A DNA stretch of 64,000 bases from Actinomycetota bacterium. Its GTDB lineage: Bacteria > Actinomycetota > UBA4738 > HRBIN12. The stretch lies in contig JBAVEY010000149.1 in the NCBI GenBank assembly GCA_049587975.1, positions 20,728-84,727 on the forward strand, read 5' to 3'. This document shows positions 20,300 through 30,102 of this stretch, piece after piece. How positions within the stretch are numbered: position 1 is the stretch's first letter; every line of letters starts with the position of its first letter. The notes below the pieces were generated by a model. The model saw only the letters and a list, made by a program, of their open reading frames with translations. It did not search any database and was not told the DNA's origin. The position numbers were made by a program, and so were the translations under genes.

Positions 20300-20686
20300 G
20301 TGTCCGATATTCCAGGTGTTATGACGACGATCCGGACCACATGCCCCCGCTGCGGAGAGGTCGACATGGGACCGGAGTCGATCCTGCTTCAGGTCCTGCG
20401 TGGCGGACGCGAGGGCACCTACCGGTTCGACTGCCCGACCTGCATGGAGCCCGTCGAGAAGCGCGCGGACCGCAAGATCGTTGCCCTTCTCGTCTCGGCC
20501 GGTGTGGACGTCTCCGGACGACCCTCCGGGGGTACCGCCGAGTTGTTCGATTCCGAGGCCGAGATCCCCGAGGACCCCCGTGGGCCACTGCCGCCCGGTC
20601 CGGCGTTCTCGATCGACGACGTGATCGACTTCCACTTCAAGCTCGAGGACGAACGCTACATCGCGCAGTTCCTGGCCGCGCAGTAG
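20300..20686 (+). CDS. Hypothetical zinc-ribbon protein
   Basis: N-terminal CPRCG..17..CPTC four-Cys ribbon, Pro-rich middle region and a conserved-looking C-terminus. Confidence 0.4.
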   Translation: MSDIPGVMTTIRTTCPRCGEVDMGPESILLQVLRGGREGTYRFDCPTCMEPVEKRADRKIVALLVSAGVDVSGRPSGGTAELFDSEAEIPEDPRGPLPPGPAFSIDDVIDFHFKLEDERYIAQFLAAQ

Positions 20687-20728
20687 ACCCGCCAAGCCCC
20701 CGTCCCGCACCTCGGTTAGCATCCAAGC

Positions 20729-20950
20729 ATGACCACGACCGCTCTCGTGTGGCTCGTCGTCGGCCTCGTGTCGCTCATCGCGGTGTCGGCCGTCCTGGTC
20801 GCCCTGGTCCGGCACCTCTTCGTGCTCGGGCGGGCGGCCGGCCGGTTCCGCGACGAGGTCGGGCCCCTCGCGCAGGAGATCGGGGGGCTCGCGGACACGG
20901 CCTCGAGCCGATCTCTGCGTCTACCCCACGGGTCGAGGTCCGACCCCTGA
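20729..20950 (+). CDS. Small single-pass membrane protein (hypothetical)
   Basis: 73 aa with one strong transmembrane helix (ALVWLVVGLVSLIAVSAVLVALV). Confidence 0.3.
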   Translation: MTTTALVWLVVGLVSLIAVSAVLVALVRHLFVLGRAAGRFRDEVGPLAQEIGGLADTASSRSLRLPHGSRSDP

Positions 20951-21047
20951 GCCCAGGCGGCGGTACGATGCCCCTCGCGGGGGCCTCCCGCCCCAGGATC
21001 GACCAGCCGGAACGTCACGCGGAGCCCCGCCAGGAGCGCACGACGAG

Positions 21048-21587
21048 ATGCTGAACATCGGTCCGCAGGAACTCCTGGTCATCCTGGTCATCGCCCTGCT
21101 CGTGGTCGGGCCTCAGCGACTGCCCGAACTGGGCCGCTCGATCGGCCGGGGCCTACGCGAGCTCCGCAAGGCCCAGGACGAGGTCAAGCGGACGATCTCG
21201 GTCAACCTGGACGACGAGCCGCCGAACGGCAGCTCGAGGAGACCCGCGTCCGAGCCGACGGTCTCCGGTCCGGCTCCGGCCGGCTCCCGGGAGGCCACGC
21301 CGCCGGCCGTGGCGGCCGACCCGCCCCCGACCGCGTCGGAGCCGCTCCCCGCGAGCGAGGTGCGCGAGATCTCCCGCTCGCTCGGACGGAGCCTCTCGGA
21401 GCTTCGTCGAGCCAAGGAGGAGGTTCAGCGGTCGTTCCGGGTCGATCTGTCCGGGCCCACCAAGAGGCCGCCGCCTCCGGCCCCACCGACGCCACGGCGG
21501 GAGTCACCGCGATCGTCGGCGCCGCCGAAGGGGCCGGAGTCGGGTGAGGTCCCCGACGCGACGTCCGACGGGCCCGCCACCGGCTGA
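21048..21587 (+). CDS. tatA: Twin-arginine translocase TatA/E-family protein with long Pro-rich C-terminal tail
   Basis: N-terminal motif MLNIGPQELLVILVIALLVVGPQRLPELGRSIGRGLRELRKA is the TatA TM-plus-amphipathic-helix signature. The gene sits upstream of tatC. Confidence 0.8.
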   Translation: MLNIGPQELLVILVIALLVVGPQRLPELGRSIGRGLRELRKAQDEVKRTISVNLDDEPPNGSSRRPASEPTVSGPAPAGSREATPPAVAADPPPTASEPLPASEVREISRSLGRSLSELRRAKEEVQRSFRVDLSGPTKRPPPPAPPTPRRESPRSSAPPKGPESGEVPDATSDGPATG

Positions 21588-21598
21588 GCGGGCGTGCG

Positions 21599-22381
21599 AT
21601 GAAGCTGATCCCGGATCGTCTCCGGCGGCGTTCGGAGCCGGAACCCGACGGCACGATGACGCTGGTCGATCACCTGTCCGAGCTGCGGTACCGGCTGATC
21701 GTCTCGATCGCCGCGATCGCCGTCGGGGCCCTCGTCGGGTGGTTCCTGTTCGACCGCGTGATCGATCTGCTCCTGAACCCCTACTGCGACTACTGGCGGA
21801 CCGTGCCGCGGGGCATGCGGGCCACGCGCGACTGCGCGCTGTTCTTCTCGGGGGCGCTCGAACCGCTCGTGATCAAGCTGAAGCTGGTCGCGTTCCTCGG
21901 ACTGTTCATCGCGCTGCCGGTGGTGTTGTACGAGCTGTGGGCATTCGTCGTGCCGGGCCTCACCAGGCGCGAACGTCGGATGGCCATCCCGTTCGTCCTG
22001 AGCTCGATGGCGCTGTTCGTCCTGGGCGCCCTGGTCGCGTACTGGACCCTGCCCAAGGCGCTGAACTTCCTCCTGGGCTTCGCGGGGAGCCAGTTCGCGC
22101 CCCTGCTCACGGCCGACCGCTTCCTGACCTTCGTGATGCTGGTCGCGCTCTCGTTCGGGCTCGCGTTCGAGTTCCCGATCGCCCTCATGTTCCTGCTCCT
22201 GGCCGGGGTCGTGACCACCAGGCAGCTCCGGGACTGGCGCCGGGGGGCGATCTTGTTCATCGCGGTCTTCGCGGCCATCATCACGCCGAGCTCGGACCCC
22301 TACACGATGCTCGCGATGACGATCCCCATGGTGCTGTTCTACGAAGCCGCTATCATCATCGGCCGACTCCTGAAGCGCTAG
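21599..22381 (+). CDS. tatC: Twin-arginine translocase subunit TatC
   Basis: Six transmembrane segments with TatC motifs (LSELRYRL, conserved PGL, FxxPI). Confidence 0.9.
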   Translation: MKLIPDRLRRRSEPEPDGTMTLVDHLSELRYRLIVSIAAIAVGALVGWFLFDRVIDLLLNPYCDYWRTVPRGMRATRDCALFFSGALEPLVIKLKLVAFLGLFIALPVVLYELWAFVVPGLTRRERRMAIPFVLSSMALFVLGALVAYWTLPKALNFLLGFAGSQFAPLLTADRFLTFVMLVALSFGLAFEFPIALMFLLLAGVVTTRQLRDWRRGAILFIAVFAAIITPSSDPYTMLAMTIPMVLFYEAAIIIGRLLKR

Positions 22382-22392
22382 GTGGATCTGGC

Positions 22393-23139
22393 ATGGCGAT
22401 CAAAGGGAAGAGCAAGGGCAGGAGCGCGAAGGCCGTCACCCGAGGGCCGAAGCCCGTCTATCAACCCGTCAAGAAGCCGCTGCTCGCCAGGCACGAGTTC
22501 TGGCTGGTGATCGCGACCATCCTGGGCGTGATGATCGTCGTCGGTCTGGTCGCCGGGTTCATCGCCGAGCGCAACTCGAGCGCGCAGGACGACCTCGAGC
22601 AGCGCATGCGGGCCACGATGAACACGTACACGGGCCAGATCGACCCGATCCTGACGACGATCGGCCAGGCTCGACCGCCGTCGAGCTTCGACGTGTTCAC
22701 GGATCTGGCCACGGCGGTCTCGAGCCTCGAGGCCGAGACCCCGGAGGCGCCCGCCGATCCGCAGGCCCTGAAGCAGACGGCCTCCGACACGGTGACGTCG
22801 GCCAAGACCGCCCTCGAGGCCCTCCAGGCGATCGACGAGACCGTCCTGATCCGGGACAAGGGGTTCTCGCAGGCCTTCGTCCTGTACGTGATCAACTCGA
22901 AGGAGAACTTCGTCAGGGCGATGGTCCTGTACCGGGAGGCCGCGCAGCTGCTCGAGGTTGCGGCCGACGCTCAAGGTACCGAGCGAGCGGCACTCGCCGC
23001 CCGCGCGAAGGGGATCTCGAACGCCGCCAAGGGGACCTTCGACCGTGGCTACGCCGATTACGTCGAGGCGCGTACCGAGGCGGGCGTGTTCACGCCGGCC
23101 GCGCCGGGGGGGCTCCCCACCCCGACCGGGGCCTCATGA
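22393..23139 (+). CDS. Membrane-anchored hypothetical protein
   Basis: A basic N-terminus is followed by one transmembrane helix (FWLVIATILGVMIVVGLVAGFI) and an Ala-rich extracytoplasmic helical domain. Confidence 0.5.
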   Translation: MAIKGKSKGRSAKAVTRGPKPVYQPVKKPLLARHEFWLVIATILGVMIVVGLVAGFIAERNSSAQDDLEQRMRATMNTYTGQIDPILTTIGQARPPSSFDVFTDLATAVSSLEAETPEAPADPQALKQTASDTVTSAKTALEALQAIDETVLIRDKGFSQAFVLYVINSKENFVRAMVLYREAAQLLEVAADAQGTERAALAARAKGISNAAKGTFDRGYADYVEARTEAGVFTPAAPGGLPTPTGAS

Positions 23140-23870
23140 CCGACGGGCTCCTCCTGCTCCACGCCTGGCCGATCGATGCCCGGATGTGGCAGCAGCAGCT
23201 CGCCGCGCTGCCGGACGGTCTGCCCGTGGCCGCCCCCCATCTGCCGGGGTTCGGCGGCGCCGAGCCGGCGGGCCACGTCATGACGATGCGCGCGGCCGCC
23301 GAGCGGTCCCTGGCGGCGATGGGGGAGGCCGGACTCGACCGGGCGGTGGTGTGCGGCCTGTCGATGGGCGGGTACGTGGCGTTCGAGATCTGGCGGCGGG
23401 CGAGCGACCGGGTGCTCGGGCTCGTGCTGGCCAACACGCGCGCCGTGGCGGATGTGCCCGCGGCCGCCGAGGCGCGGCGAACGCTCGCCGAGCGGCTGCG
23501 AGCGGACGGCAACGTCGTCGCCGACGAGCCGCCGCCGCTGCTGTCGGAGGCTGCGCCACAGGAGCTCCGGGAGCGGGTCCACGGATGGATCCGGGAGCAG
23601 ACACCGGACGCGATCGCCGCGGCGCTGCTCGGGATGGCGGAGCGACCCGACTCGACGGGAGATCTCGCGAGCATCCGGGTTCCAACCCTCATCCTCACGT
23701 CGACCGAGGACCGCATGATCGCTCCCGAGGTCTCGGCCGAGATGGCCGGCCTCATCCCGCGGGGACGTCTCGAGACGATCGAGGGCGCCGGGCACCTGTC
23801 GAACCTCGAGGCGCCCGAGGCGTTCGACGCGGCGCTGCTCGAGCACCTGGCCGCCTGCGGCATCGGCTGA
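23136..23870 (+). CDS. Alpha/beta-hydrolase fold protein
   Basis: The nucleophile elbow GLSMGG and a C-terminal GAGHL motif are present. The start overlaps the upstream gene (ATGA). Confidence 0.75.
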   Translation: MTDGLLLLHAWPIDARMWQQQLAALPDGLPVAAPHLPGFGGAEPAGHVMTMRAAAERSLAAMGEAGLDRAVVCGLSMGGYVAFEIWRRASDRVLGLVLANTRAVADVPAAAEARRTLAERLRADGNVVADEPPPLLSEAAPQELRERVHGWIREQTPDAIAAALLGMAERPDSTGDLASIRVPTLILTSTEDRMIAPEVSAEMAGLIPRGRLETIEGAGHLSNLEAPEAFDAALLEHLAACGIG

Positions 23871-23924
23871 GCCCTCGCCGCCCCGCGTCCCGAGGTTGGG
23901 GAAGGCGCCCGTAGACTCGGGTCC

Positions 23925-26579
23925 GTGACCGATCCCGCGCGGTTCGCCGCCCAGTACCCATTCGCGCTCGACGGGTTCCAGATGCGCGCCATCGAGGCGC
24001 TCGACGTGGGCGAGTCCGTGCTGGTCGCCGCCCCGACCGGTTCGGGCAAGACCGTGGTGGCCGAGTTCGCCGTCGATCGCGCGATCGCGCGGGACGGCAA
24101 GTGCTTCTACACGACGCCGCTGAAGGCGCTGTCGAACCAGAAGTTCGGCGACCTCGTCGCGCGGCTCGGGGCGGCCAAGGTCGGGCTCCTCACCGGCGAC
24201 AACGCGATCAACGGGGACGCCCCGGTGGTGGTTATGACGACCGAGGTCCTCCGCAACATGCTGTACGAGCGCAGCGACGCGCTCGACGGCCTCGTCACGG
24301 TGGTGATGGACGAGGTGCACTACCTCCAGGACCCGTACCGGGGGGGTGTGTGGGAGGAGGTCCTGATCCACCTGCCGCTGTCGATCTCGGTCGTGTGCCT
24401 GTCGGCCACGATCTCGAACGCGGAGGAGTTCGGGGAGTGGATCGGCACGCTGCGGGGTCCGACCCGCGTCGTGATCGAGGAGAAGCGGCCGGTGCCGCTC
24501 GAACACCATTACCTGGTCGGGCACGACCTGCACCCGATGCACGTCGAGCAGGACGGGCAGCTCATCCCCAATCCGTACGTCGTCTCCCTCGACCGTCAGG
24601 AGGTGCGATACAAGACCTACTATCGGCGAGGGTCCGGGACGGCCCAGCACCAGCGGATCGCGAGGCCACGAGAGGGGCATCGCCGCGCCTTCGTCCCCCG
24701 CCGCGAGGACGTGGTCGAGGTGCTGTCCGACCAAGGGCTGCTGCCCGCGATCTACTTCGTGTTCAGCCGCGCCGGGTGTGCGCGCAGCGTCGAGTGGCTC
24801 ATGGGGGCGGGCGTCCGGCTGACGACGAGCGAAGAGGGCGTCCGGATCCGCACGTTCGCCGAGATGCGCGCCGCCTGGATGGAGGAGGAGGATCTGAAGA
24901 CCCTCGGCTTCTACGACTTCCAGGACGCCCTCGCCGCTGGCATCGCCGCCCACCACGCGGGGATGCTCCCGGTGTTCAAGGAGACGGTGGAGGAGTTGTT
25001 CGAGGCCGGGCTGGTGCGGGTCGTGTTCGCCACCGAGACCCTGTCGCTCGGGATCAACATGCCGGCGAGGTCGGTCGTGATCGAGGATCTGTGGAAGTTC
25101 CAGGGCGAGCGGCATGAGCTGCTCACACCTGGCGAATACACGCAGCTGACGGGACGCGCGGGGAGGCGTGGGATCGACGAGCTCGGGCACGCGGTGGTCG
25201 TGGTCCAGCGCAACGTCCCGTTCGAACGGGTGGCGTCGCTCGCGTCAACCAGGACCTACGAGCTCACGTCCTCGTTCCGGCCCTCGTACAACATGGCGGT
25301 GAACCTCGTGCGCAACTACACGCGAGACGAGGCTCACCACCTGTTGAACTCCTCTTTCGCACAGTTCCTCGCCGACCGCGGCGTGGTCACGCTCGAGCGC
25401 GAGCTCGAACGCGACCGGTCCCAGCTCACCGGCGTCCGAGACCAGATGCGGTGCCACCTGGGGGACTTCGCCGAGTACTGGGTGCTGCGGGAGAAGGCCA
25501 CGAGCGTGCGCGACGAGTTCCGCAAGGGCCGGGAGCGTACGCGAGGCGACGCGATCCGGCAGGCCCTCGCGTCGCTGCGCCCCGGCGACGTGATCTTCGT
25601 CCCGCGGGCTCGGCGGCGAGGTCTCGCGGTGGTCCTCTCCAGCCGTGAGGGACGGCCGACCGTGCTCGCGCAGGACCGGAAGTTCTTCCGCCTGTCGGCC
25701 AGGGATTTCCAGGATGCACCCGCGGTCCTGTCGAAGATCCCGCTCCCACGATCAGGGAGCGTTCGGAGCGCGCGGTACCGTCGCGATCTGGCGGCCAAGC
25801 TCGTCGCGCTCGATGTCCGTCCTCCCCGCAAGACGCGAGCGGCCATGGACGCACGGGTGGAGCGCGAGGCCGCGCGGTTCGAGCGCCAGGCGGAGTCTCA
25901 CCCGTGCCATGCGTGCCCCGACCGGCCGGCCCACGAGCGCTGGGCGACCCGCAGCTCCCAGATCGAGCAGCAGATCCGGGGGCTGGAGCGGCGGATCCGA
26001 ACTCGCACCGAGACCCTGGCCCGGCAGTTCGAACGGGTGCTGGCCGTCCTCGAGGAGCTGGGATACGTGCGCGCGTTCGCGATCGAGCCGAAGGGCCGCG
26101 GACTCGCGCGGATCTACGGCGAGGGCGACATCCTGATGGCGGAGGCGCTGGACGAGGGGCTGCTCGACGGGCTCGAGCCGTCCGAGGTGGCGGCGGTCGT
26201 CTCGACGATCGTGTACGAGTCGCGCGAGCGCAACCCGAGGACCGCCGAGATGCCGACACCGGCGTCGGCCGAGCGCTACCGCAGGTTCCAGGGGCTCTGG
26301 CGTCGGATCCGCGAAGCCGAGGACCGTCACCAGGTCGAGCTGTGCCGCGAGCTCGACGAGGGGTTCGCGGCGCCGATCCACCGGTGGGCCGCGGGCGAGG
26401 CCCTGGAGGACGTCCTGCGCGAGACGGACATGTCGCCGGGCGACTTCGTCCGGACCTGCAAGCAGGTGCTCGACCTGCTCCGTCAGATCGAGGACGTGGC
26501 GGCAGGAGAGATCTCGGCGGTGGTGCGGCGCGCACGGGACGCCGTGAACCGCGGGGTCGTCGCCTATACGGGGGTGTGA
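23925..26579 (+). CDS. helY: Ski2-like DEAD/DEAH-box RNA helicase HelY
   Basis: Helicase motifs APTGSGKT, DEVH, SAT and QxxGRAGRRG are present, with a C-terminal DSHCT-like region. Its position downstream of tatC matches helY synteny. Confidence 0.85.
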   Translation: MTDPARFAAQYPFALDGFQMRAIEALDVGESVLVAAPTGSGKTVVAEFAVDRAIARDGKCFYTTPLKALSNQKFGDLVARLGAAKVGLLTGDNAINGDAPVVVMTTEVLRNMLYERSDALDGLVTVVMDEVHYLQDPYRGGVWEEVLIHLPLSISVVCLSATISNAEEFGEWIGTLRGPTRVVIEEKRPVPLEHHYLVGHDLHPMHVEQDGQLIPNPYVVSLDRQEVRYKTYYRRGSGTAQHQRIARPREGHRRAFVPRREDVVEVLSDQGLLPAIYFVFSRAGCARSVEWLMGAGVRLTTSEEGVRIRTFAEMRAAWMEEEDLKTLGFYDFQDALAAGIAAHHAGMLPVFKETVEELFEAGLVRVVFATETLSLGINMPARSVVIEDLWKFQGERHELLTPGEYTQLTGRAGRRGIDELGHAVVVVQRNVPFERVASLASTRTYELTSSFRPSYNMAVNLVRNYTRDEAHHLLNSSFAQFLADRGVVTLERELERDRSQLTGVRDQMRCHLGDFAEYWVLREKATSVRDEFRKGRERTRGDAIRQALASLRPGDVIFVPRARRRGLAVVLSSREGRPTVLAQDRKFFRLSARDFQDAPAVLSKIPLPRSGSVRSARYRRDLAAKLVALDVRPPRKTRAAMDARVEREAARFERQAESHPCHACPDRPAHERWATRSSQIEQQIRGLERRIRTRTETLARQFERVLAVLEELGYVRAFAIEPKGRGLARIYGEGDILMAEALDEGLLDGLEPSEVAAVVSTIVYESRERNPRTAEMPTPASAERYRRFQGLWRRIREAEDRHQVELCRELDEGFAAPIHRWAAGEALEDVLRETDMSPGDFVRTCKQVLDLLRQIEDVAAGEISAVVRRARDAVNRGVVAYTGV

Positions 26580-26615
26580 ACGGCCGGCCGGCGCGCGCGC
26601 GGGCCCCGAAGTAGG

Positions 26616-27554
26616 ATGCGCGCGATGTCGACGCCGTACGGACCGCTCACCGTCATCGTGAACCCGCACGCGGGCCGGCGCCACGTGGGCGACGAGATCC
26701 CGGAGCTCCAACGGACGCTGCAGTCACGGGGCCTGCCCTACCGGCTGTTCCGGACCGAGGGCCGCGGCGACGCCACCAGGTTCGCCCAGGAAGCGCTCGG
26801 TTCCGGCGGACGGTTCGTGGTCGCCGTCGGCGGCGACGGGACGGTGCACGAGGTCGTGAACGGCATGTTCGACGACGAGGGCAAGCCCATCGTGCCGGAT
26901 CCGGTCCTGGGCGTCGTGGCGGCCGGGAGCGGCTGCGACTTCGTCCGGACCTTCGGGCTCCCGGGCGACGCGACCCGCGCGTGCCACCACCTCGCCGGCG
27001 ACAACACCTACCCGCTCGACGTCGGGAAGATCACGTACACGACGTCCGCCGGCGACCGCGCGACCCGGTACTTCGTGAACGTCGCGGAGGCCGGCCTCGG
27101 CGCGGCCGTGGCCGCGCGCGCCGAACGCATGTCGCCGAGGTTCGGCCAGTCGAAGTACTTCGTCGGCTTCTGGCTCGAGCTCCCGAGGTTCCGTCTCGCG
27201 AACGTGCGGGTGCAGGCCGACCGGAAGACGTACGAGGGCCCCGCCTTCCTCGTCGTGGTCGGGAACGGGCAGTACTACGGGGGCGGCATGAAGATCTCGC
27301 CCCGCTCGTACCCCGGCGACGGGGTCCTGGACGTGCTCGTGTTCAAGGGCCCGAAATCCGACTCGTTCACGATGATCCCGAGGATCTATCGGGGCGAGCA
27401 CATCCCGCACGATCACGTCGAGGAGCTCCGTGTGAAGCACGAGCTCGTGATCGAGGCGGACCGTCCCCTGCCGCTCGAATCGGACGGCGAGGTGCTCGGG
27501 ACCACCCCCGCGACCATCGAGATCGTCGCCCAACCGATCCAGATGAAGCTATGA
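26616..27554 (+). CDS. Diacylglycerol/lipid kinase catalytic-domain protein (DAGK_cat, YegS/BmrU-like)
   Basis: The motifs VAVGGDGTVHEVVNG and a GSGCDF-like segment are typical of lipid kinases. Confidence 0.7.
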   Translation: MRAMSTPYGPLTVIVNPHAGRRHVGDEIPELQRTLQSRGLPYRLFRTEGRGDATRFAQEALGSGGRFVVAVGGDGTVHEVVNGMFDDEGKPIVPDPVLGVVAAGSGCDFVRTFGLPGDATRACHHLAGDNTYPLDVGKITYTTSAGDRATRYFVNVAEAGLGAAVAARAERMSPRFGQSKYFVGFWLELPRFRLANVRVQADRKTYEGPAFLVVVGNGQYYGGGMKISPRSYPGDGVLDVLVFKGPKSDSFTMIPRIYRGEHIPHDHVEELRVKHELVIEADRPLPLESDGEVLGTTPATIEIVAQPIQMKL

Positions 27555-28651
27555 ACGCCGAGCGCTATGCGGAGCGACGGCGCCGGGTCACGGAGGCCTT
27601 CGAGGATGTCGGGCTCGCCGGGCTCCTCGTGTCGCCGGGGCCCGATCTCGCGTACCTGACGGGCCACGCGCCGATGCCGCTCGAGCGTCTCACGCTGCTC
27701 ATGCTCATTTCGGGCCGAGATCCCGTGTTCGTGGTCCCGACGCTCGAGCGGCCGCTCGCCGCCTCGGCCGTGGGGGCCTCGGGCCTGGAGGTCCTGGACT
27801 GGCGCGACGGGGCGGACGACCCGTACGAGCTCGTGGGCGGGCTGCTCGGGCCGGGCCGGTACGCCGTGACGGACCGGACCTGGGCCTCGCACCTACTCGC
27901 GCTGGAAGAGGCCGCCACCGGTCGCGGTTTCGTCGCCGCCGGGACGGCCCTGCCGCTCCTGCGCGCCGTGAAGGACGCGGACGAGATCGAGCGGCTCAGG
28001 GCCGCGGGGCGGGCGGCCGACGGCGCGTTCGACGACGTGGTCGCGTTGCCGTTCGCGGGGCGCACCGAGGCCGAGATCTCCCTCGAACTCGATCGCCTTC
28101 TCCGCGAGCACGGCCATCAGCGCGTCGATTTCGCCGTGGTGGGTTCGGGGCCCAACGCCGCGTCGAGCCACCACGTGCCGGGGGAGCGACGCCTCGAACC
28201 GGGAGACGCGGTGGTGATGGACTTCGGCGGCGTTCGGGACGACTACTGCTCCGATATCACGAGGACGGTGTTCGTCGGCGCAGCCTCGGACGAGCAACGG
28301 GAGGTCTACGGGATCGTCCGCGCGGCCCAGCAGGCGGCGTTCGAGGCCGTCCGGCCGGGGGTTCTCGCCCAAGAGGTCGACCGGGCCGCGCGCGGGGTCA
28401 TCGCCGACGCCGGCTACGGGGACCGGTTCGTGCACCGCACGGGGCACGGGATCGGGCTCGAGGTCCACGAGCCCCCGTACATCGTCGAGGGCAACGAGAC
28501 TCCGCTCGCGGCCGGCATGGCCTTCTCGGACGAGCCGGGGATCTACCTCGAGGGTCGGTTCGGGGTCCGGATCGAGGATCAGGTCGCGGTCACCGCCGAC
28601 GGGGCCGAGCGGTTGAACGAGGCCAGCCGCGATCTGACCGTCGTGGCCTGA
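27551..28651 (+). CDS. M24-family Xaa-Pro aminopeptidase
   Basis: Creatinase-like N-terminal domain plus the pita-bread fold with metal ligands (D..D..H..E..E; HRTGHGIGLEVHE). The start overlaps the upstream stop (ATGA). Confidence 0.8.
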   Translation: MNAERYAERRRRVTEAFEDVGLAGLLVSPGPDLAYLTGHAPMPLERLTLLMLISGRDPVFVVPTLERPLAASAVGASGLEVLDWRDGADDPYELVGGLLGPGRYAVTDRTWASHLLALEEAATGRGFVAAGTALPLLRAVKDADEIERLRAAGRAADGAFDDVVALPFAGRTEAEISLELDRLLREHGHQRVDFAVVGSGPNAASSHHVPGERRLEPGDAVVMDFGGVRDDYCSDITRTVFVGAASDEQREVYGIVRAAQQAAFEAVRPGVLAQEVDRAARGVIADAGYGDRFVHRTGHGIGLEVHEPPYIVEGNETPLAAGMAFSDEPGIYLEGRFGVRIEDQVAVTADGAERLNEASRDLTVVA

Positions 28652-28673
28652 CGATCCGGTCTCGGGGTCGCGG

Positions 28674-30062
28674 CTAGACGCGGGGGCGGACCTTCGTCCC
28701 TTCGGGCGTGTCCATCACCTCGAGGCCCATCGCCTGGAGCCGGTCGCGGATCTCGTCGCTCCTCGCGAAGTCCTTGGCGGCCCGCGCCGCGTCGCGCTCG
28801 GCCACGAGCGCGAGGACCTCCGCGGTCGGCTCGAATCCCTCGCGGGCCTCGCGCTCCAGGTCGAGGCCCAAGATCTCGTCCCAGGAGGCGAGCAGGCCGT
28901 ACTTCTCGGCGTCGGGGACGGCCGCGCCCACGGTCTCGTTCAGCACGACGAGCGCCCGGGGCAGGTCGAGATCGTCGGCGACGGCCGCGCGGAACCTCGC
29001 GTCCAGCGCCTTCGCGGCTTCCGAGCGTTGCTCGGTCCCCGGCGCCCAGCTCGCCATCCGGCGGCGGAGGTCGGCCAGCCGCCGATGCTGACCCTCGAGC
29101 GCCTCCCAGCTGAAGTCCATCTCGCTCCGGTACCGGGTGCCGAAGCAGAGCAGCCGGTACGCGAGCGGGTCGACGCCCTGCTCGGCGAGGTCGGTGACGC
29201 GGTAGATGTTCTTCGCTGACTTCGCCATCTTCTGGCCGCTCATCTGCAGGAACCCGCCGTGCACCCAGGTCGTGACCACCTGGTGCCCCACCGCCGCCTC
29301 GGACTGCGCGATCTCGTCCTCGTGGTGCGGGAACTTGTTGTCGTTGCCACCCGTGTGGATGTCGAACCGGTCGCCGAGGTGCTTCATGGACATCGCCGAG
29401 CACTCGATGTGCCACCCGGGGTAGCCGTCGCCCCACGGGCTCGGCCAGCGCAGGGCGCGGTTGGGGCCGGCCTTCTTCCACAGGGCGAAGTCCTCGGGAT
29501 GCCGCTTGGCCGGGTCGACCGCCACCTCCTGCCGGTGGCCGGCACGGAGCTGGTCGAGCGTGTTGCCCGAGAGCTTGCCGTAGCCGGGGAACGTGGTGAC
29601 GTCGTAGTAGACGGTGCCGTCGACCTCGTACGCGTGACCCTTCTCGAGCAGCGTCTGGATCACCTTGATCATGTCCTCGATGTGGTCGGTGGCGCGCGGG
29701 TACAGGTCGGCCGGCTCGATCCCGACGAGCTCTGCGTCGTGGTGGAAAGCATCCGTGTACTTCTGCGCGATCTCGAACGCCGACAGGCCCTCGTCGGCCT
29801 CGGCGAGCTCCATCTTGTCCCTGCCGGTGTCCGAGACCTCGTCCGTCATGTGTCCGACGTCGGTGATGTTCATGATCCAATGGACCGCGAACCCCTCGAA
29901 CCGGAGCGCGCGACGGATCAGGTCCCCGAGCATGAACGAGCGCATGTTCCCGATGTGGATGTAGCGGTAGACCGTGGGGCCGCACGAGTAGATCTTCACC
30001 GTCTCCCCGTCGACCGGGGAGACGTCGTGCAGCTCGCGCGTGAGGGAGTCGTACAGGCGCAC
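28674..30062 (-). CDS. Class-I cysteine--tRNA ligase family enzyme; synteny with the Pup-proteasome locus suggests mycothiol ligase MshC, alternatively CysS
   Basis: HIGN (HIGH-like) and KMAKS (KMSKS-like) motifs, Zn-binding Cys residues and the CysRS core are present. The gene lies at the edge of the arc-containing block, as mshC does in mycobacteria. Confidence 0.75.
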   Translation of the reverse strand: MRLYDSLTRELHDVSPVDGETVKIYSCGPTVYRYIHIGNMRSFMLGDLIRRALRFEGFAVHWIMNITDVGHMTDEVSDTGRDKMELAEADEGLSAFEIAQKYTDAFHHDAELVGIEPADLYPRATDHIEDMIKVIQTLLEKGHAYEVDGTVYYDVTTFPGYGKLSGNTLDQLRAGHRQEVAVDPAKRHPEDFALWKKAGPNRALRWPSPWGDGYPGWHIECSAMSMKHLGDRFDIHTGGNDNKFPHHEDEIAQSEAAVGHQVVTTWVHGGFLQMSGQKMAKSAKNIYRVTDLAEQGVDPLAYRLLCFGTRYRSEMDFSWEALEGQHRRLADLRRRMASWAPGTEQRSEAAKALDARFRAAVADDLDLPRALVVLNETVGAAVPDAEKYGLLASWDEILGLDLEREAREGFEPTAEVLALVAERDAARAAKDFARSDEIRDRLQAMGLEVMDTPEGTKVRPRV

Positions 30063-30102
30063 CGTCTCGCAAGCATAGCGTCGGGGTCCGCGAGGTCGGT
30101 CG

